DNA of 20,917 nt from Cystobasidiomycetes sp. EMM_F5 (Eukaryota), in NCBI GenBank assembly GCA_051047955.1, contig JBPGPT010000053.1, positions 62,001-82,917 on the forward strand, given 5' to 3'. Under the pieces are notes generated by a model. The model was given only the letters and a program-made list of their open reading frames with translations, did not search any database and was not told the origin of the DNA. Positions 20,775 through 20,917 of the stretch are shown here, piece after piece (positions within the stretch are counted from its first letter, which is position 1; every line of letters begins with the position of its first letter). The position numbers were made by a program, and so were the translations under genes.

Positions 20775-20917
20775 TGTTGTGAGTGTATATGAGTCGGGGT
20801 TGTTGATGCGTTGGGTATACTTGGCTACAGTGAGCTGAGGTAGTCTACACCTTATAGCTGATGGCTAGTAATAGCGAGCGCTGTAGTGCTGACGGCTGAT
20901 TACAAAATTTTTGTAAT

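Noticed and set aside
1..20917. tRNA, rRNA, CRISPR or transposase signatures
   Set aside because: None were seen on either strand by eye.

Overview
Gene-dense eukaryotic DNA with short (mostly 50-90 nt) spliceosomal introns and CTRAY branch points. A compact fungal, probably basidiomycete, genome is inferred from gene structure. Conserved genes, with exon models rebuilt by hand: 5' part of the Ski2-like helicase SLH1/ASCC3 (-), BET1-like Qc-SNARE (+), ULP1 SUMO protease (-), Yippee/Moh1 (+), deoxyhypusine hydroxylase LIA1/DOHH (-), MRT4 (+), a class I SAM methyltransferase (+), an Esc1/DevR-type bHLH factor (+) and a hypothetical gene (-). The unexplained part is a ~5 kb island between ULP1 and Yippee. 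It holds a tandem array of 3 intact genes plus 1 truncated or divergent gene. They share an unrecognised ~90-aa N-terminal domain ending at a conserved phase-0 intron. Two copies also share a 46-nt micro-exon, an upstream motif and a downstream conserved block. Other oddities are a stop-free frame linking MRT4 to the methyltransferase, a GC-AG intron in ULP1 and an RRPE-like motif in the LIA1/MRT4 divergent promoter.
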